Shown here: positions 24,490 to 38,192 of the stretch, piece by piece
Layout: every line of letters starts with the position of its first letter
Numbering within the stretch: the stretch's first letter is position 1
Source of the DNA: Blasia pusilla
Taxonomy: Eukaryota
Reading direction: 5' to 3'
Length of the DNA: 64,000 nucleotides
Assembly: GCA_050084515.1 (NCBI GenBank)
Contig: CM114271.1
Span: forward strand, 16,926,001 to 16,990,000
Made by a program: the position numbers and the translations under genes
The notes under the pieces: model-generated
The model's database searches: none
What the model was told of the DNA's origin: nothing
The model's input: only the letters and a program-made list of their open reading frames with translations

Positions 24490-26285
24490 TGTCGTATAGT
24501 AAAAGCAGCCAATGTGTAAACTCCTTCATCGTTAAGTGTTAGATAGAGTTTTATTAGTATTAAGTAAATTTTCTTAGGAAAAGAAAATTCCCATGTTTAA
24601 ACCTCTTTATGATGCCTCTTTTATGTGGGCCCAACTTTAGGAAAAGAGGTAATAAATAAAAGATAACTTTATAAAAGTAAAGCAGTGAGGTTGGTGCTTT
24701 AATGAAAAACAAAAGTAGTCTTGGTTGGTGGCTACGTTAGTTGGGGTAATTTGGAAAATATCAAGTGGATAAAAGAGGATATTTTGGAAGAGATAAGAGG
24801 AAATCTACTTTTGTCAAAATATGATTGGCTAAGCCTTGAGAGAAAGCCATGTGGCACAAGATAAGATTACTCTATTTCGTACTCTTGTGGATCCCTTGTG
24901 AGTTTATAAAGAGGAGGGACCCTCAAGGGTTTATCACCTTCTATTCCACATCTTGAGTCTCTCGTGTCACTCTTGAGTGTATGGCTTTGGGATTGCTTGC
25001 TCTTCCAATGAGAATGGATCATCTCTCTTGGGAGAATAACTTAGCCATTGATATTCTTCAAGAGGTTTCTAGAGTGTGGTGTGTGCGTGGAGATGAGAAG
25101 TTTGTCACCTTAGAGGAGTTTAGTTATACTAAAATAGTGAATATTTTGGCTTGTTTCTTTCCCAATGAGAGTGGATTACCCCTCTTGGGAGAATAATTCT
25201 GCCAAAACCCATTCTTGAGGAGAGTAGAGAATGTCTGTCAAGCATGGATAGGGTGGAGCACGAGTTGTGCCCGACTTTCCTTTCCTCAATCCATACCATG
25301 TCAAGCTAATCTTTGTAGATAGGTACTAGTTCACTCGCTATTTAGTTTACCACTTTGGGAAGGCGTTCATGAATCAGGTCATTCAATCTCCAACTCCGGT
25401 GATCCTTCCTATCGTCACATATGGAAGGACATGGGATTGTACTTTGTATGTCTTTATAGAGCGATCCAAGGATGTCAATAGGACTGCTCAAGTAGGGTTT
25501 AACAGTAGTTATGCCATCTTCCTCGTGTACAAGCGTAAAGTAGTTTATAGGGATTTTATAGTTAGGAATTTCAGGGTCCGATGTTACGAAGAAGTGATCA
25601 CCTCGGCACTTCCATTTTTGATACCTGTCGTGAGAGAATGGAGGGTATACATAATAATTTTGTATTAAAAAAGGAGAACTTCTTAAAGAGTTCACCTTGC
25701 ATCGATCATGTCTACCGCAGCTAGAAGGCCTGCCCCTACTCAAAGAAAGGCTCTCGACATGACAAATGGTGCTTCCATTGAGAGATCTTTGAGGCGGTAG
25801 ATTGTGTTTGCAAGTTGGAGTCTTATCAAGATGACTAATTTTGGGAGTACTTCATCAATGGAAACTCAGGGAGTTGAGGATCTTCTCCGAACTTTGACAA
25901 TATTGTTGAGCCAACAAGGAGGAGTTCACATCGGAGAGCAAAGATCAACAAGGGCTCTCCAAGCGATTGTAAAGAAGTTGGGGAGATTTGATGGTAGGAA
26001 CATCACCAAGTATGTTCGAGAATACGTCTATGAGATGGAGGTAAACTGTGTACCCGAAGGTGGTATGGTGTCAAGTTTTGAATTAGCTATAATACCAGAG
26101 ATCCGTAGTCAAGTAAAGAAGTTGAAAGCAGAAAATCCAAAATCCTGGGAGGAGTATGAGCAAATGCTGAAAGGAGAATTCTTCGATGATGATGTGGATC
26201 GGGTGACTAAGAGGAGTTTTCTAGAATGGATAGAGCAACGTCCAGGGAAGGGAATGACTCCAAATGAATTTTTGCGTGAGTTTAG
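24490..26285 (+). mobile_element. 5' fragment of a conventional LTR retrotransposon (LTR ~24490-25764, PBS, truncated gag ~25831-26285) nested in element B
   Basis: Starts TGTCG exactly where element-B homology stops and ends ...CATGACA. The PBS follows 2 nt later. Gag-like ORF GRFDGRNITKYVREY...SWEEYEQMLKGEF. Confidence 0.8.
25767..25784 (+). promoter_or_regulatory. Primer-binding site, probably tRNA-Thr(AGU)
   Basis: TGGTGCTTCCATTGAGAG matches the complement of the plant tRNA-Thr(AGU) 3' end as I recall it (...CTCTCAATGAAAGCACCA), with one mismatch. Confidence 0.75.
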
Positions 26286-27913
26286 GCAATGTAACCAACT
26301 GTATCCACTTCGAGAAATGCTCAACCATCACTAACACATAACGACTATGGCGCTTCGTCAAAGACAAAGGTCCTGCAAAATCCAAACTCCATCTATAACC
26401 TAAACCCATGATCGGAAGTGGATGCATTTGGCAACAAACAGTTGAACGTCAATCGACATTCCTCGCCACCAATACTAAATCTAGAGCAAGTTGTACGTCT
26501 GCTTCACTAAAAAATGACCCAACTCGCTTTGTCACGAAATATAACCAACTGTATCCACTTCGAGAAGTGCTCGACCATCACCAACACATAACGACTATGG
26601 CACTCCATCAAAGGCAAAGGTCCTGCAAAATCCAAACTCCATCTATAACCTAAACCCATGATCAGAAGTGGATGCAATTGTGGAGTCGGAGCCTTTGAAC
26701 AATGCTTGGACTCGATCACACACCATGCATTTGGCAACAAACTGTTGAACTTCAATCAACATGCCTCGCCACCAATACTGAATCTAGAGCAAGCAGTACG
26801 TCCGCTTCACTCAAAATGACCCAACTCGGTGTGGGCATGACGCACCAAACGTGATCTCTACAAAGGATGAGGCACTACCCGCACTCTATTATTTTCCCAC
26901 ACTCGCAACGCATGTGTGCCCTCCCACCGGAACTGTCTGGCTTGCTGTAGATCATATCCCGCTCTCTAGCACCCACTATGCTCGCAACGCTGCCAGTACG
27001 CAAGTACTCCAAGACCACTCCATCGTCGTGAATGTCCTAGCCACCTATCATCTCCTCACCGACCTTTGGATCTAAAGACTCTCCATCAGACCTCGCCATC
27101 GAAGTCTCAGCAATCTGGCTCTCCATAGCCAGCAAGCCCAAATAGGCTGATGCATGCCATCTTGGCACCTACTCCTTATCACTCTCACCATATCAATGAG
27201 ATCCAATCACATCTCGCTGACTCGGGCATGGGTTACGGCTCAAACCATCTGCATCCTAGTTGAGCGTCCCATGTCTATGCACCACTTGGAAGTCATACTC
27301 TTGCAACAAAAGAGCCCACCTCGCAAGCTTCCCTGTAAGCTTGCCGGACTCCATCAACCACTTAAGTGGATGATGATTAGTAATTATGGTAAAGGGATTG
27401 CCGAATAGATAACATCTAAAATGTGCGACAGCCCACACTGCAGCCAAGCACTCACCCTCATACGAGCTATAGTTTGCCTCTGCAATGTTGTTCGAGCGAC
27501 TAGCGTAAGCCACCATAAACTCTCTACCTTCATCGTCATGTTGGGTGAGCACGGCTCCGAGCTCCAACATGCTCCAATCGGAATGCAACCGGAAAGGACG
27601 CCCCCCTGATCGGTCTCCTCAATATGGGCGCACACATCAATCTATCCTTGAGCATCTGAAATGCTCTCTCTTGCTCATCCCCCCAATGCCACTCATGATC
27701 CACCTTGGTCATCAAGGTTAGCGGCTTCGCAATCAAACTGAAACCCTTGACGTACCGTCGATAGAAGATCGCCAATCCCGTGAGTGCACGAACTCGACTC
27801 ACATCTGTAAGGCATGGAATGCGTGAAATAGCCTCTACCTTCGTCTATTGCACACCAAGGCCCCCTGGATATATCGTATGACCCAAGTACTCAATCTAGC
27901 CATAGAAGAACTT

Positions 27914-30900
27914 TATCGTGCGAATCCACATCGTCATACAACATACATCGCTGACATACCATACGCACATACATACATAACATAGACGAGAGTATCCACA
28001 AACGCTAGTGTACCACAACTGAAATCCGTGAAAGACCTACTATCATAAAACACGTTTACAATCACATACAATCGAGCCAAACCCACTCCACGATGGGAGA
28101 ATCTAGGTCGAAGCTTGCAGGAAACACCATAGCCAAGAGCTCTACTCACTACCAAGGCTAACTCCCAACGCAACAGCTCAACTCAAAGAATCGATCGTTT
28201 TTGAGGGCAAGCCACCCTTATATCCTCCAACCTAAGAGCAGGCCCTACCGGGAAAGTCACCCCAAGTGAGTAACCCCAACCCTATGTATGGAACCGCATC
28301 TCTACCAAGCCACTACGGTCCTACATAAGGAATGGCCTCTACCAAAGACACCATACTCTACGACATAATCCATATGGTCATGACAATTGTCGTGTATAAT
28401 CCACATCGTCATACAACATACATCGCTGATATACCATACACACATACATACATACATAACATAGACGAGAGTATCCACAAACGCAAGTGTACCACAACTC
28501 GCCCCCTAATCAAGGCGGTTAGGTCCTCTAACTCCCAAGTAGCCCTATACATCTACTACATGCTATACACCTTCTTGGGTGCCCGAATCAGAAGGTCGGG
28601 TGCTAGGTTGCCCCATCGTTAGTCGCACATCTGTAATCCATATCATGCAAAGATCAAGTCATCTACCTCTCCTAAGTACATCAAGGACAAACCCATCTTC
28701 CAGTAGGAACAACATCCAAACGTGGAGTCAAACACATCATGTGCCAACCCCTAGAACACCGATCACACACCAACATACGGGCTGCGTTACCAGCAGACCC
28801 ACACAACACGCACTTCAAGCTAGCACGTATCATGGCTAAGCTTGGGTCAACAGTACCATCCACATTTGGAAGATGACATGGCGCACAATTACGCACATGG
28901 TCCTTCCAAACAACTCCATCACGACCCTCCAACATGAGAACTCCAGAAGCTAACACCTCACGCACTCGTAAAATAGTGCGGCTTGTCGTCACATCCAACG
29001 TTGTCGAGGCAATCTGTTGCAAATAGACATAGTCCCCCACATGGAACCTACGAATCGATGGTCGATAACCTCCACCCCGAATGGTTGCATACCGCAACGT
29101 ATCCCCTGTGTTGAGCAATGGCAAGATTCTCAAAGGTCGCTGGCATAACTCTCCAAAGAGCTCCGCCTGGCGAGAACACACCCTCATCCACATCTACGGG
29201 TCATCAAGGTTCACCACCTCACTAGACTCCCGACAATTCTTTCGGCAAGTCCGGATCTCGGCCGTATAATGTAGAAAATAAGGTGAGAAGGAAGCCAGGA
29301 TGCATGGCGATCGAACCTATACCCCATGGCTAACCATGGCAACCGAATATCCGGTCTCCAAGATGCCCTTCAGAGGCCATACTTGCGCAATGCCCTCTTC
29401 ACCCGTCGAACCACACGCTCAGCCAAACCATCCGCCCTGGATGATCTTCGAGACGTGGTCCGATGATCAATCAACGCCTTGTCACACAAGACCGAAACTC
29501 ACCCGAAACTCAGACTGGTCGGTCAAGACTTCACCTGGTGCACCAAAATGACTAAGCACTCTATCCAAACGCATACGCCGCGTCCCCCACTTGCCTTGTC
29601 CGGTAATGCCACCAACTCAATCCACTTGGAGAAGTGCTCCACCATCACCAACACATATCGATGATGTAAATACCAACGGTAACGGTCCCGCAAAGTCCAC
29701 ACTCCAACGGTAACCCAACCCCATAATAGGCAAGGGGTGTAATTGTGGTGTAGGGGCATTAAATGATGCCCTCACCCGGTCACAAACCATACAACGTGAC
29801 ACCAACTGCTGCACTTGAGTATGCATGCCACGCCACCAATATCGCCAAGGAGTAAGCTATACGTACGCTTTACCCCAAAATGTCCCAACTCCTCATGGGC
29901 ATGTCGCACAATGCGCTCTCTCTGAGCCAAATGTGGCACTACTCGTACTCTACCATCCTCCCACACGCGGAGAATATGTGTTCCCTCCAATCGATACCTC
30001 TTAGCACGTTGAAGAACACGGTCTCGCTCCCTGGCACTCACTATGCCCGGCACCCTCTTGGTCCGGGAACTCCAACACCAACACATCATCATGAATATCA
30101 CGCTGATCCGTACCACCATCTCCAACCTTAGGATGTGAAGGCTGGCCATCTACCCTCTAACTAGAGTAAGATATCATGTGGTCCTCCATACTAGAGTCCA
30201 CCCCTAACCAACATAAAAAGGCGGATGCATGCCAACCTGGCACCATCTCCTCATCAACCTCGCCATGCCATCTAGCCCCGATTGTATCCTCTTGGCTAGT
30301 ACATGGGTTCCTACTCAACCCATCAAGATCAAGGTTGGCAACTCCGGTCTATGTACCACCTGGAAGTCATACTCTGTAAGATAAGAGCCCACCGTGCAAG
30401 CTTCCCTGTAAGCTTGTCCGACTCCATCAACCACTTGAGTAATTTGGTGATCGTAACAAGGGTAAAGCTGTGTGCCAAACAAGTAACACCTAAAGTGTGC
30501 CCACCCCACACTCTTGCCAAGCACTCTCCCTCATATGAACTATAGCGCGACTCCATTTGCATTATTCGAACGACTTGCATAGGCCACCACAAACTCCATG
30601 TGCTCATCATCATGTTGTGTCAACACCGCTCCAAGTCCCAACCTACTCCAATCGGTGTGTAATCGAAATGGGCGCCCTCTGATAGGTCTCCTCAAGATAG
30701 GCGCCGCCACCAATCGGGCCTTAAGCTCCACAAAAGCTCTCTCCTTATCATCTCCCCAGTGCCACTCTTGATCTGATTTCAGCAATTGGTTCAAAGGCTT
30801 TGCCATAGCACTAAATCCCTTCACATACCTCCGATAGTAGTTCACCAATCCCATGAATGCTCGAACTCTACTCACATCTATCGGACGCGGAATAAGTGCA

Positions 30901-33900
30901 ATAGCCTCCACCTTTGCTTGCTTTGAACTCCCAAACCACCTGGATAGATCACATGACCCAAGTACTCAACATCCTCATGGAAGAACTTAAACTTTCCTGG
31001 ATGCAAACGAGACCATGAGCTTTCAACCGCTCAAACACCATCTGCAAATGTATCGATGCTCCTCCACCGTATTCTTTGAACACCAAGATATCATCAATGT
31101 AACACCGAACAAAATCCAACCCCGCTAGGATCTCGCCCATCACTCTTTGAAACTCGGCAGTGCATTCTTCAACCCAAAGGGTAAGAATTTCCCTTTGGTA
31201 CAAACAATCCTTGCCATGAGAGTTGACACCCCAAAATGTTGTCTTGGCCTTGTCACTCTCCCGAATCGGCAATTGATGGTATCTGGCCGAAGATCCAAAA
31301 ATCTTGAAAATCTTTGCCTGCCCCCCACCATCAAAGATCTCTCGTGTAGGCATGGCATACCTATCGGCCTTGGTTTGCCGATTGATAGACGGTAATCTCA
31401 CACATCCGCCTATCCGTGTAGTTGCCATGCATATCCTTTTAGCGAGCATGACAGTGGGATGATGCATACTCTCCATGCGACAACTCCACTAATCCACCTC
31501 CAAAAGGTCCAACGTCCTACTCGAATCAGGTCCCTCTCCATATCACTATATCGGTAGGGGACGACGGAAGATTGGCGTATCACTAGCCAAATCAATCCGT
31601 ATACCAGGTCCAACAGAAGAACCCAACTCCTTCATGCTAAAGGCAAAACAACTCCTATAAGCACGAGGAACTATGTCAGCGTCGTTTCTCACCTCCCGTA
31701 AGCTTGAGCCCAAGTAATGGCTCCCAAGTCTCCTCCTTTGGCATACTAGATGGAGAGGATGATGCCATTGGCGCACTCATAACCCCTCACAAGATGATAC
31801 ACCCTTAGCTACACCATCATCATCGAGCAAATAACTCCTCCACCAGCATGAGCAACCAACTCCACATGCCCAACCATTACATCCCATTTACTCCAAGGAT
31901 GCAAAATACTACTCTCCGCCCTGACCCGATGCCTCTACCGCCCCGGTAGCCATCGAGCTCATTACAAGGGGTGGAAGACCCATGACATAGTCCGAAGTCG
32001 ATTTGCTCGCCATACCAAGACTCAAAATCCAAGTCAAACAATTCAGGTCCATGGCCCGACCCAACACATGACGTCGTGAAGCCTCGAGAAATAGAAGCAA
32101 CCGCTCTCACGCCAAGATAGTAAATCCCATCGCACGCTCTCTCTCATCGGCGTTAGGCTCCCACCAACCGCCGCGCATGAGAATCCCATACAAGCCCCGG
32201 ACCACCTTCCTGTAGGCATGTAACGGGAAAACTCACAAATGTGGGTAGTGCCATCCTAGGTCGCCCACACGGTTCACCACCGCCATGGGTGACCGATCAA
32301 TAACCCTCACCACTTGAGAAAGTCGCCAAGATATCAAGATACTATCCTTCGTAAGGCGAGGATCCCGCCTTGCATCATATGCTCGACGTAGAACCTCCTA
32401 GGCAACAAGTTTGTCCACCACAAGCGTGAAGCGATGTGCACGCGAGCCAACTCATGCACTGCATCCAACAACACCGCTGGTCCAATCCAAGACCGCACCT
32501 CATGAACACTCGCCATCATCCGGGTCCGAGTGTCACCCAACAATGGAACATTCTCCAGAATGTAAGCTAGAGCACGTGCCTGATGAACCTGAAGATGTCG
32601 TAACACCCTTAACATCTCCCAAAACAATCGAGACCTAGGGTCATGTAATCCCTCACCACGACCAAAGACGTGTATGACCCGACATGGCCATCCAAAGCAA
32701 TCACCAAATCCACAGGACCAACCCTCTCAAGGTCCTACGCCCCCAACAATGCAATGTGTGATGGTAAAGCACGCTGGTACCCACGAATAGCTGATGGCGG
32801 CAACAACTCAAGATATCTCCGCATCAACCGCATCTGGAATGGGCAAGGCTCAAGCTCTGACCTCCGAATACCCAAACCAATACATGCCGCCTTTCCCAAC
32901 ATCAAAGGCTGGGCACCTGAGTCTAACAAGACTCTATCTGGTCTATACACGACTGTAGGACTCACCAATCGAAGATCCCACTCGATTGTCCAACATACAT
33001 ACACCAGGTGTAAGCCTCTCACGATCAATGGCTGGCGGGTGGTAATGCATCCATCTTCGCCTTTGCACCGCCAAGTAGCACCGGTACTCAATGCTACTCG
33101 ACATAGAGGGTTGCTCCACCGCAACATCCTCATCCACCTCAACACGTAGCAAGAATAACACCCCACGTTCACACAATGTGGCTCCTAGTTGAAATACAGG
33201 GAGCTAAGTCAACTCCTAAAGCCGTCGCTCCGTGGCGAAAACAATGGGGATCCCAACACCTTTGAAGTTGCCATCTGCAATACTACATCGATCTTTGCAT
33301 CCGTGTCTACTACACGCGATGTAGATGCCTCGGTCCCCACTAATCGGCTCAATAGGTCGCTGAGAGGAACCATGGATGGAGTCCTAAGCACCTCGGACAA
33401 CAAGAATGACTGGGGAAGCCTAGCCTCGCCTCCCTCACCCCTCTGTGGGTCCAACTCCCACAGAGCACCACGTGGCTCGACGCTCGAGTGGCTCCTCTCA
33501 GAATCTGCGGTGATGCCTCAACTGGCCGCACTCGCCATATAAGAGAGATCATCCCCTCCATAAGAGGTGGAAGCCCCGCTCCCGAACCGATCTATCTTTG
33601 GATATCACCATAGTAGCCAACTCTGCTCCAACTGCTCAATCTGGCGACCATAGTTGACTCTGTCGTAGTGGTAGGGGTAGCCACCGAGGCTCTCCAACCA
33701 CTGGTCCACCTCTACCACCCCTACCACCTCTACCACCTCGGCCTCTCGGAGCTACTCCACCACGGCCACGGCCTGATCTCAACTCTAGATGAAGATCAAA
33801 GCAACGCTCTCGAGGATGACCTAGTCTCCCAATGATCACACTGAAGTTGGGGCCGATCGAGGCCCATCCTCCAAAGTCCGTCTCCCATCCTCTTGGGGAC

Positions 33901-36803
33901 AAAACTTCCTAACATGATCACCTCCACATGTCCAACATGATCGTCCCTGCTGGGGCAGCAAATGAAGGCAATGGTCTCTGCACAAATGTCCTCTAGGACT
34001 TGATCGAGGTCGCGTGTACCCCCACGACTCCCACTACTACTACCACCACCACTACTACGAGAGGCGTGAGGTGGGCGGTGAACACGAGAAGTAGTAGTTG
34101 TATCCCTACTTAATGCGGATGTCACCACTCTCTCCTTCACCATGTTAAGCTCAATCTTCTCGAGATAGAGCAAACACATGGGTCAATGTGGGTGAATCAT
34201 CACTCATAAGAGTAGCATCACGTACCCTACGGGCGCAAATCTCGCCCAAGATCCCATACCAAAAACCGGACTCGCCTGATCCTCAATCACACCTGGGTAA
34301 TCGAAATCAGCGTGATACGCGTGTATGCCTCATTTAAGACTCTCACCGGTCTTTCGCTCAAAGTCCTGAAGATTCCTCAACTTCTCCGTCTTCACTCCTT
34401 GATAGTTCTTCTTCAACCTCTTGAAGAACTGCAATCGGGCTAACGATGGTGGGGCACTACCTCCACTAGTACCCCCACTAGTACCTCCACTAGTACCCCC
34501 ACTACGGCTCGTGACTCGTACCACTCACTCGGGTCTGGCCGTGGCATAATAGGAGCACTACTACCAATACCACCATGGGTGATAGACACATAGCCTGGAG
34601 ACCAATATTGTCTCCATGCCTCAATCTCAACAACATGGTCCTTCCTAAACTCATGGTAATCATCCATGGGTGGTCCTTCCAAGTGTCTTTGAAACAACCC
34701 CTTCCAAGCCAAGAAGGGTGTAAACAACGTGGCGTTTCAACATCGCATATCACACCACGTATCAAACTTCGCATGAAGTCCTCCAACTCAATGGTACCCT
34801 TTGCATCCGAGTATCGTCGTGGGCCCTTCATGGCCCCATATCCACCGCCCATGTCCCGGATCAATGGAGCCGCAACACTCGATAACAACGTAGAAGACTC
34901 GGTGTTTGGAACACCCTCGTCCTCCTCTTCATCAACCGTCGAAGTGGAAAAGGTAGCCGATACCTAAATCCACTCCGTGTGAAACCACCAATGTCCGCAA
35001 CCACGGTCCTCAACCAGACCACCCGACTGACTCGTGATGACCAACGCCGATGCCGCACCACCACCAAATTACCCAAGTGGCGTCGATGTCGCTCTACTAT
35101 TGTAGCTCTACTAGCTATGGGTGTAGGCAACCTAACCTCTCATCACCACAAGAAGACTCCCACGGTCTACTGGTCATCACTCCAGCCTCACTATAAGTAG
35201 CACACAGGAGTAACACTACTATGGAAATCAGCGTCAACCCTAACAATGGGCGCGCAAGCAAGAAGCACAATGGAGGGGATCCAAACACAGGAAATCCAAC
35301 GATAACCCTCCAATCGTAAATGGAAATCAAGGTAACACAATCCACCAAACGTGGTGCCCTCTGAATCCACAAAACCCACCACACAATTCTAACGCAATAG
35401 CTACTCCGCCGAATGGTCGATGACGTGCTAGTCGAACTCAAAGACTTGAAAATATCACTGCATGGAGAGGCTACACCGTACTATGCGCTAGAGGTACATC
35501 AACCAAAAACCTGAGATGCATAAATCGCCTAACACATCTCGAACAAAGACCAAATGAGCTACAACAACAGACACCTTTGGCATAGTTAAGAACTCGGCAG
35601 TTAAGCGTCCTCCAGGCAGAATAGCCCAAAGATGGGTGACCAGTTATGCAAAACTCAAATCCCAAATCCTGCAAAAATTGCCTCACGCCCAAGCAAGCAA
35701 GCAAGCTTGCTTGCTTGCTCCTTGCTCCTTGCTCCTTACTCCGCCTCTCACGCCCACTCGCCTCGAGTTGCCTCGAAGCCTCATAGCCCGAGTTGACCAC
35801 CATAGCTATCTCCCCACAAAAACTCAGCTACAACCGAGCTCCGTACTCCGAGCTAAAAATCAGACAAACTTGCTGTCCATACACCTCTAGAACCGCAAAT
35901 CCGACAGCGCTTCCGCCAAGTTTCATGCACGCAGAAATCCGCAACGCTCCACGCACTCGAGCAGATAGCTTCACATGAGATCACAATACAAGTAGCAATA
36001 GGAACCTCTCACCCGATCTTTCCTGCAGGAAGAACTTAACGCGGGGAGCATGTTCGGTATCGTGTGCGGATTCCAGCCCAAAATCTTTTTGGCTTTTCTG
36101 TGCGTTTGATTCTAACAGTTTGTAACCCCCGAGACAAGATGATGAACTTCAACAGAGCTTCCGCACTCCAAGCTCTCCACATCAGAAAACTGTCGAACAC
36201 GACGAGAATCTTCAATGCTTGATAACTTCCAACTCCCTTGACGAAATCCGCGATCTGGTAGCGTTGGAAAGCTCTCAGCAAGGCGCTTCTTTCCCAACCA
36301 ACCGCGCACCAGATTCACACCTCCAACATAGGCCACAAGCCACGAACATCCACGGTTGAGTACACAATCAGCCCTAACCAGATCCTACTGATCTATAATC
36401 GAAGCTACCATCGATCAACGTCAGTTCTTTGAGTGAAATCTGTGAAAGACCTACTGTTATAAAACACGTTTACAATCACATACAATCGAGCCAAACCCAC
36501 TCCACGATGGGAGAATCTAGGTCGAAGCTTGAGGGAAACACCATAGCCAAGAGCTCTACTCACTACCAAGGCTAACTCCCAACGCATAACAGGCTCAACT
36601 CAAAGAACCGATCGTTCTTTGAGGGCAAGCCACCTTATATCCTCCAACCTAAGAGCGGGCCCTACTGGGAAAGTCACCCCCAAGTGAGTAACCCCCAACC
36701 CTATGTATGGAACCGCATCTCTACCAAGCCACTACGGTCCTACATAAGGAATGGCCTCTACCAGCACACCATACTCTACGACATAATCCGTATGGTCATG
36801 ACA
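27914..36803 (-). mobile_element. Element C: full-length member of a second family with the same architecture, inserted into the RT of element B
   Basis: ACTT is duplicated at 27910-27913 and 36804-36807, and removing C restores the RT sequence (gaagaacttgcacttg). A1 ~36435-36803, B1 28388-28499, AT 28386-28387, A2 28021-28385, B2 27914-28020. Domains: gag ~34950-33600, protease VLLDSGAQP ~32920, MTase ~32830-32000, RT YIDD ~31095, RNase H ~30600, integrase ~29900-28850, PHD 28820-28681. Many frameshifts. Confidence 0.93.
32000..32830 (-). pseudogene. Element C DNMT3-like methyltransferase (motifs IV-X)
   Basis: GPVDLVIA..GWPC (32693-32682), LFWEMLRVL, YILENVP, RLWWTNL, EPNADERERAMGF, RRHVLGRAMDLNCLTWIL. 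Confidence 0.88.
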
Positions 36804-37763
36804 ACTTGCACTTGCTAGATGTAGCTTCACCCCATGTAACTGCAATCGTCGAAACACCTCCTCTAGATGTCGCTCATGCTCCTCAACCGTGGCACTAAAG
36901 ACTACGATGTCTTCAATATAATACTTAGCAAAATCCAGACCTGCCAAGATCCTATCCATGACCCTGGAAAACTCAGTCAGGGCATTCTTTAACCCGAATG
37001 GTAAGAACCCCCACTCGTACAAACAATCCTTCCCGTGAGGATCGATGGCCCAAAATATTATCTTTTGCCTGTCCTCCAATGTGATAGGCAATTGATAGTA
37101 TCCGGCTTGCAAATCCAATGAACTGAAGACCTTTGCATGCCCAATCGCATCATAGATCTCCACAGGGGTGGGCATGGCATACCTATGAAACTTCGTTTGC
37201 CGATTGATAGGTCGGTAATATCCACACATCCGCCTATCCGTCCAGTTGCCATGCACATCCTTCTTGGCGGGCGTGATAATAGCAGATCCATACTCTCCAT
37301 GCGACATCTCCACTAGTCCTGCTCCAACCAAGTCCTAGCTCCTACTCTGAATCAAAGCCCTCTCCATATCATTGTATCTGTAGGGTCGTCGAAAGATCGG
37401 CGTGTCACTCGACAACTCAATACGGATCCATGGACCCTTCAACGTACCCAAATCACGCATAGTAAATGCAAAACAACTCCTATAACTCCTAAGGAACTAG
37501 TATATCCAACGCCGCTCTCCTCCTGTCAACTTAGGGCCCATATCTGGCTCCCAAGTCTCCATCATGACTATGGTAGGACTTTCTGGCGCGGATGTTGGTG
37601 GTTGCTATGGTGCAACCCTGTCTCGGACAATAGAACTCTCATCCCCATGTGCATTATCCAGAACCATGCTTGATGTTGTGGCTATCATCTCCTGGTATAC
37701 CTGCAAAATATCCCAAGAAGTCCAAGGGTGTCTCTCTCGATCACCCCTGGTGTGTTGATCTCC

Positions 37764-38192
37764 TCAAGTCTCGCCCGCAGCTACTGCCTCAACCATCTCG
37801 ATAGGCATGGGGCTTACCAACGCAACTTTTGTGATATGTCGCATCCTCAAACGACGTTGCTCAGCTATTCCTAAGCTGAAAATCCATATCAAGCAGTTTA
37901 GGTCCATCGCCTGACCCAAGACATCACATGGTGATCCCTCCGATAGTGACGGTACTACGGTCACTCTTGTGGGAAATCCCATCGCTCGCTCTTGCTCATC
38001 GGCATTGGGCTCCACCAACCTCTGTACCTGGTAATCCCAAACCAAGCCAAGTCCGACCTCCTTCAATGCATAGGAAGCGGGAAAACTCACCAATGTGGGA
38101 AAGGCTGCTTGTGGCATGCCAATCCTGTTGACCACAGTCAACGGCAATCGATCATCGTGCCTCAGTGCCTGTGATCGACGGCCCTGAGGCAC
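37764..38192 (-). pseudogene. Element B methyltransferase C-terminal remnant (TRD, motifs IX-X)
   Basis: FPTLVSFP...EPNADEQERAMGFPTRVT...DVLGQAMDLNCLIWIF. Upstream motifs I-VIII are deleted. Confidence 0.85.

Noticed and set aside
9493-36803. DIRS/Ngaro tyrosine-recombinase element
   Set aside because: No tyrosine-recombinase motifs were recognised. A DDE integrase, an aspartic protease and TSDs are present, and the MTase is C5-type, not the Dam-like type found in DIRS.
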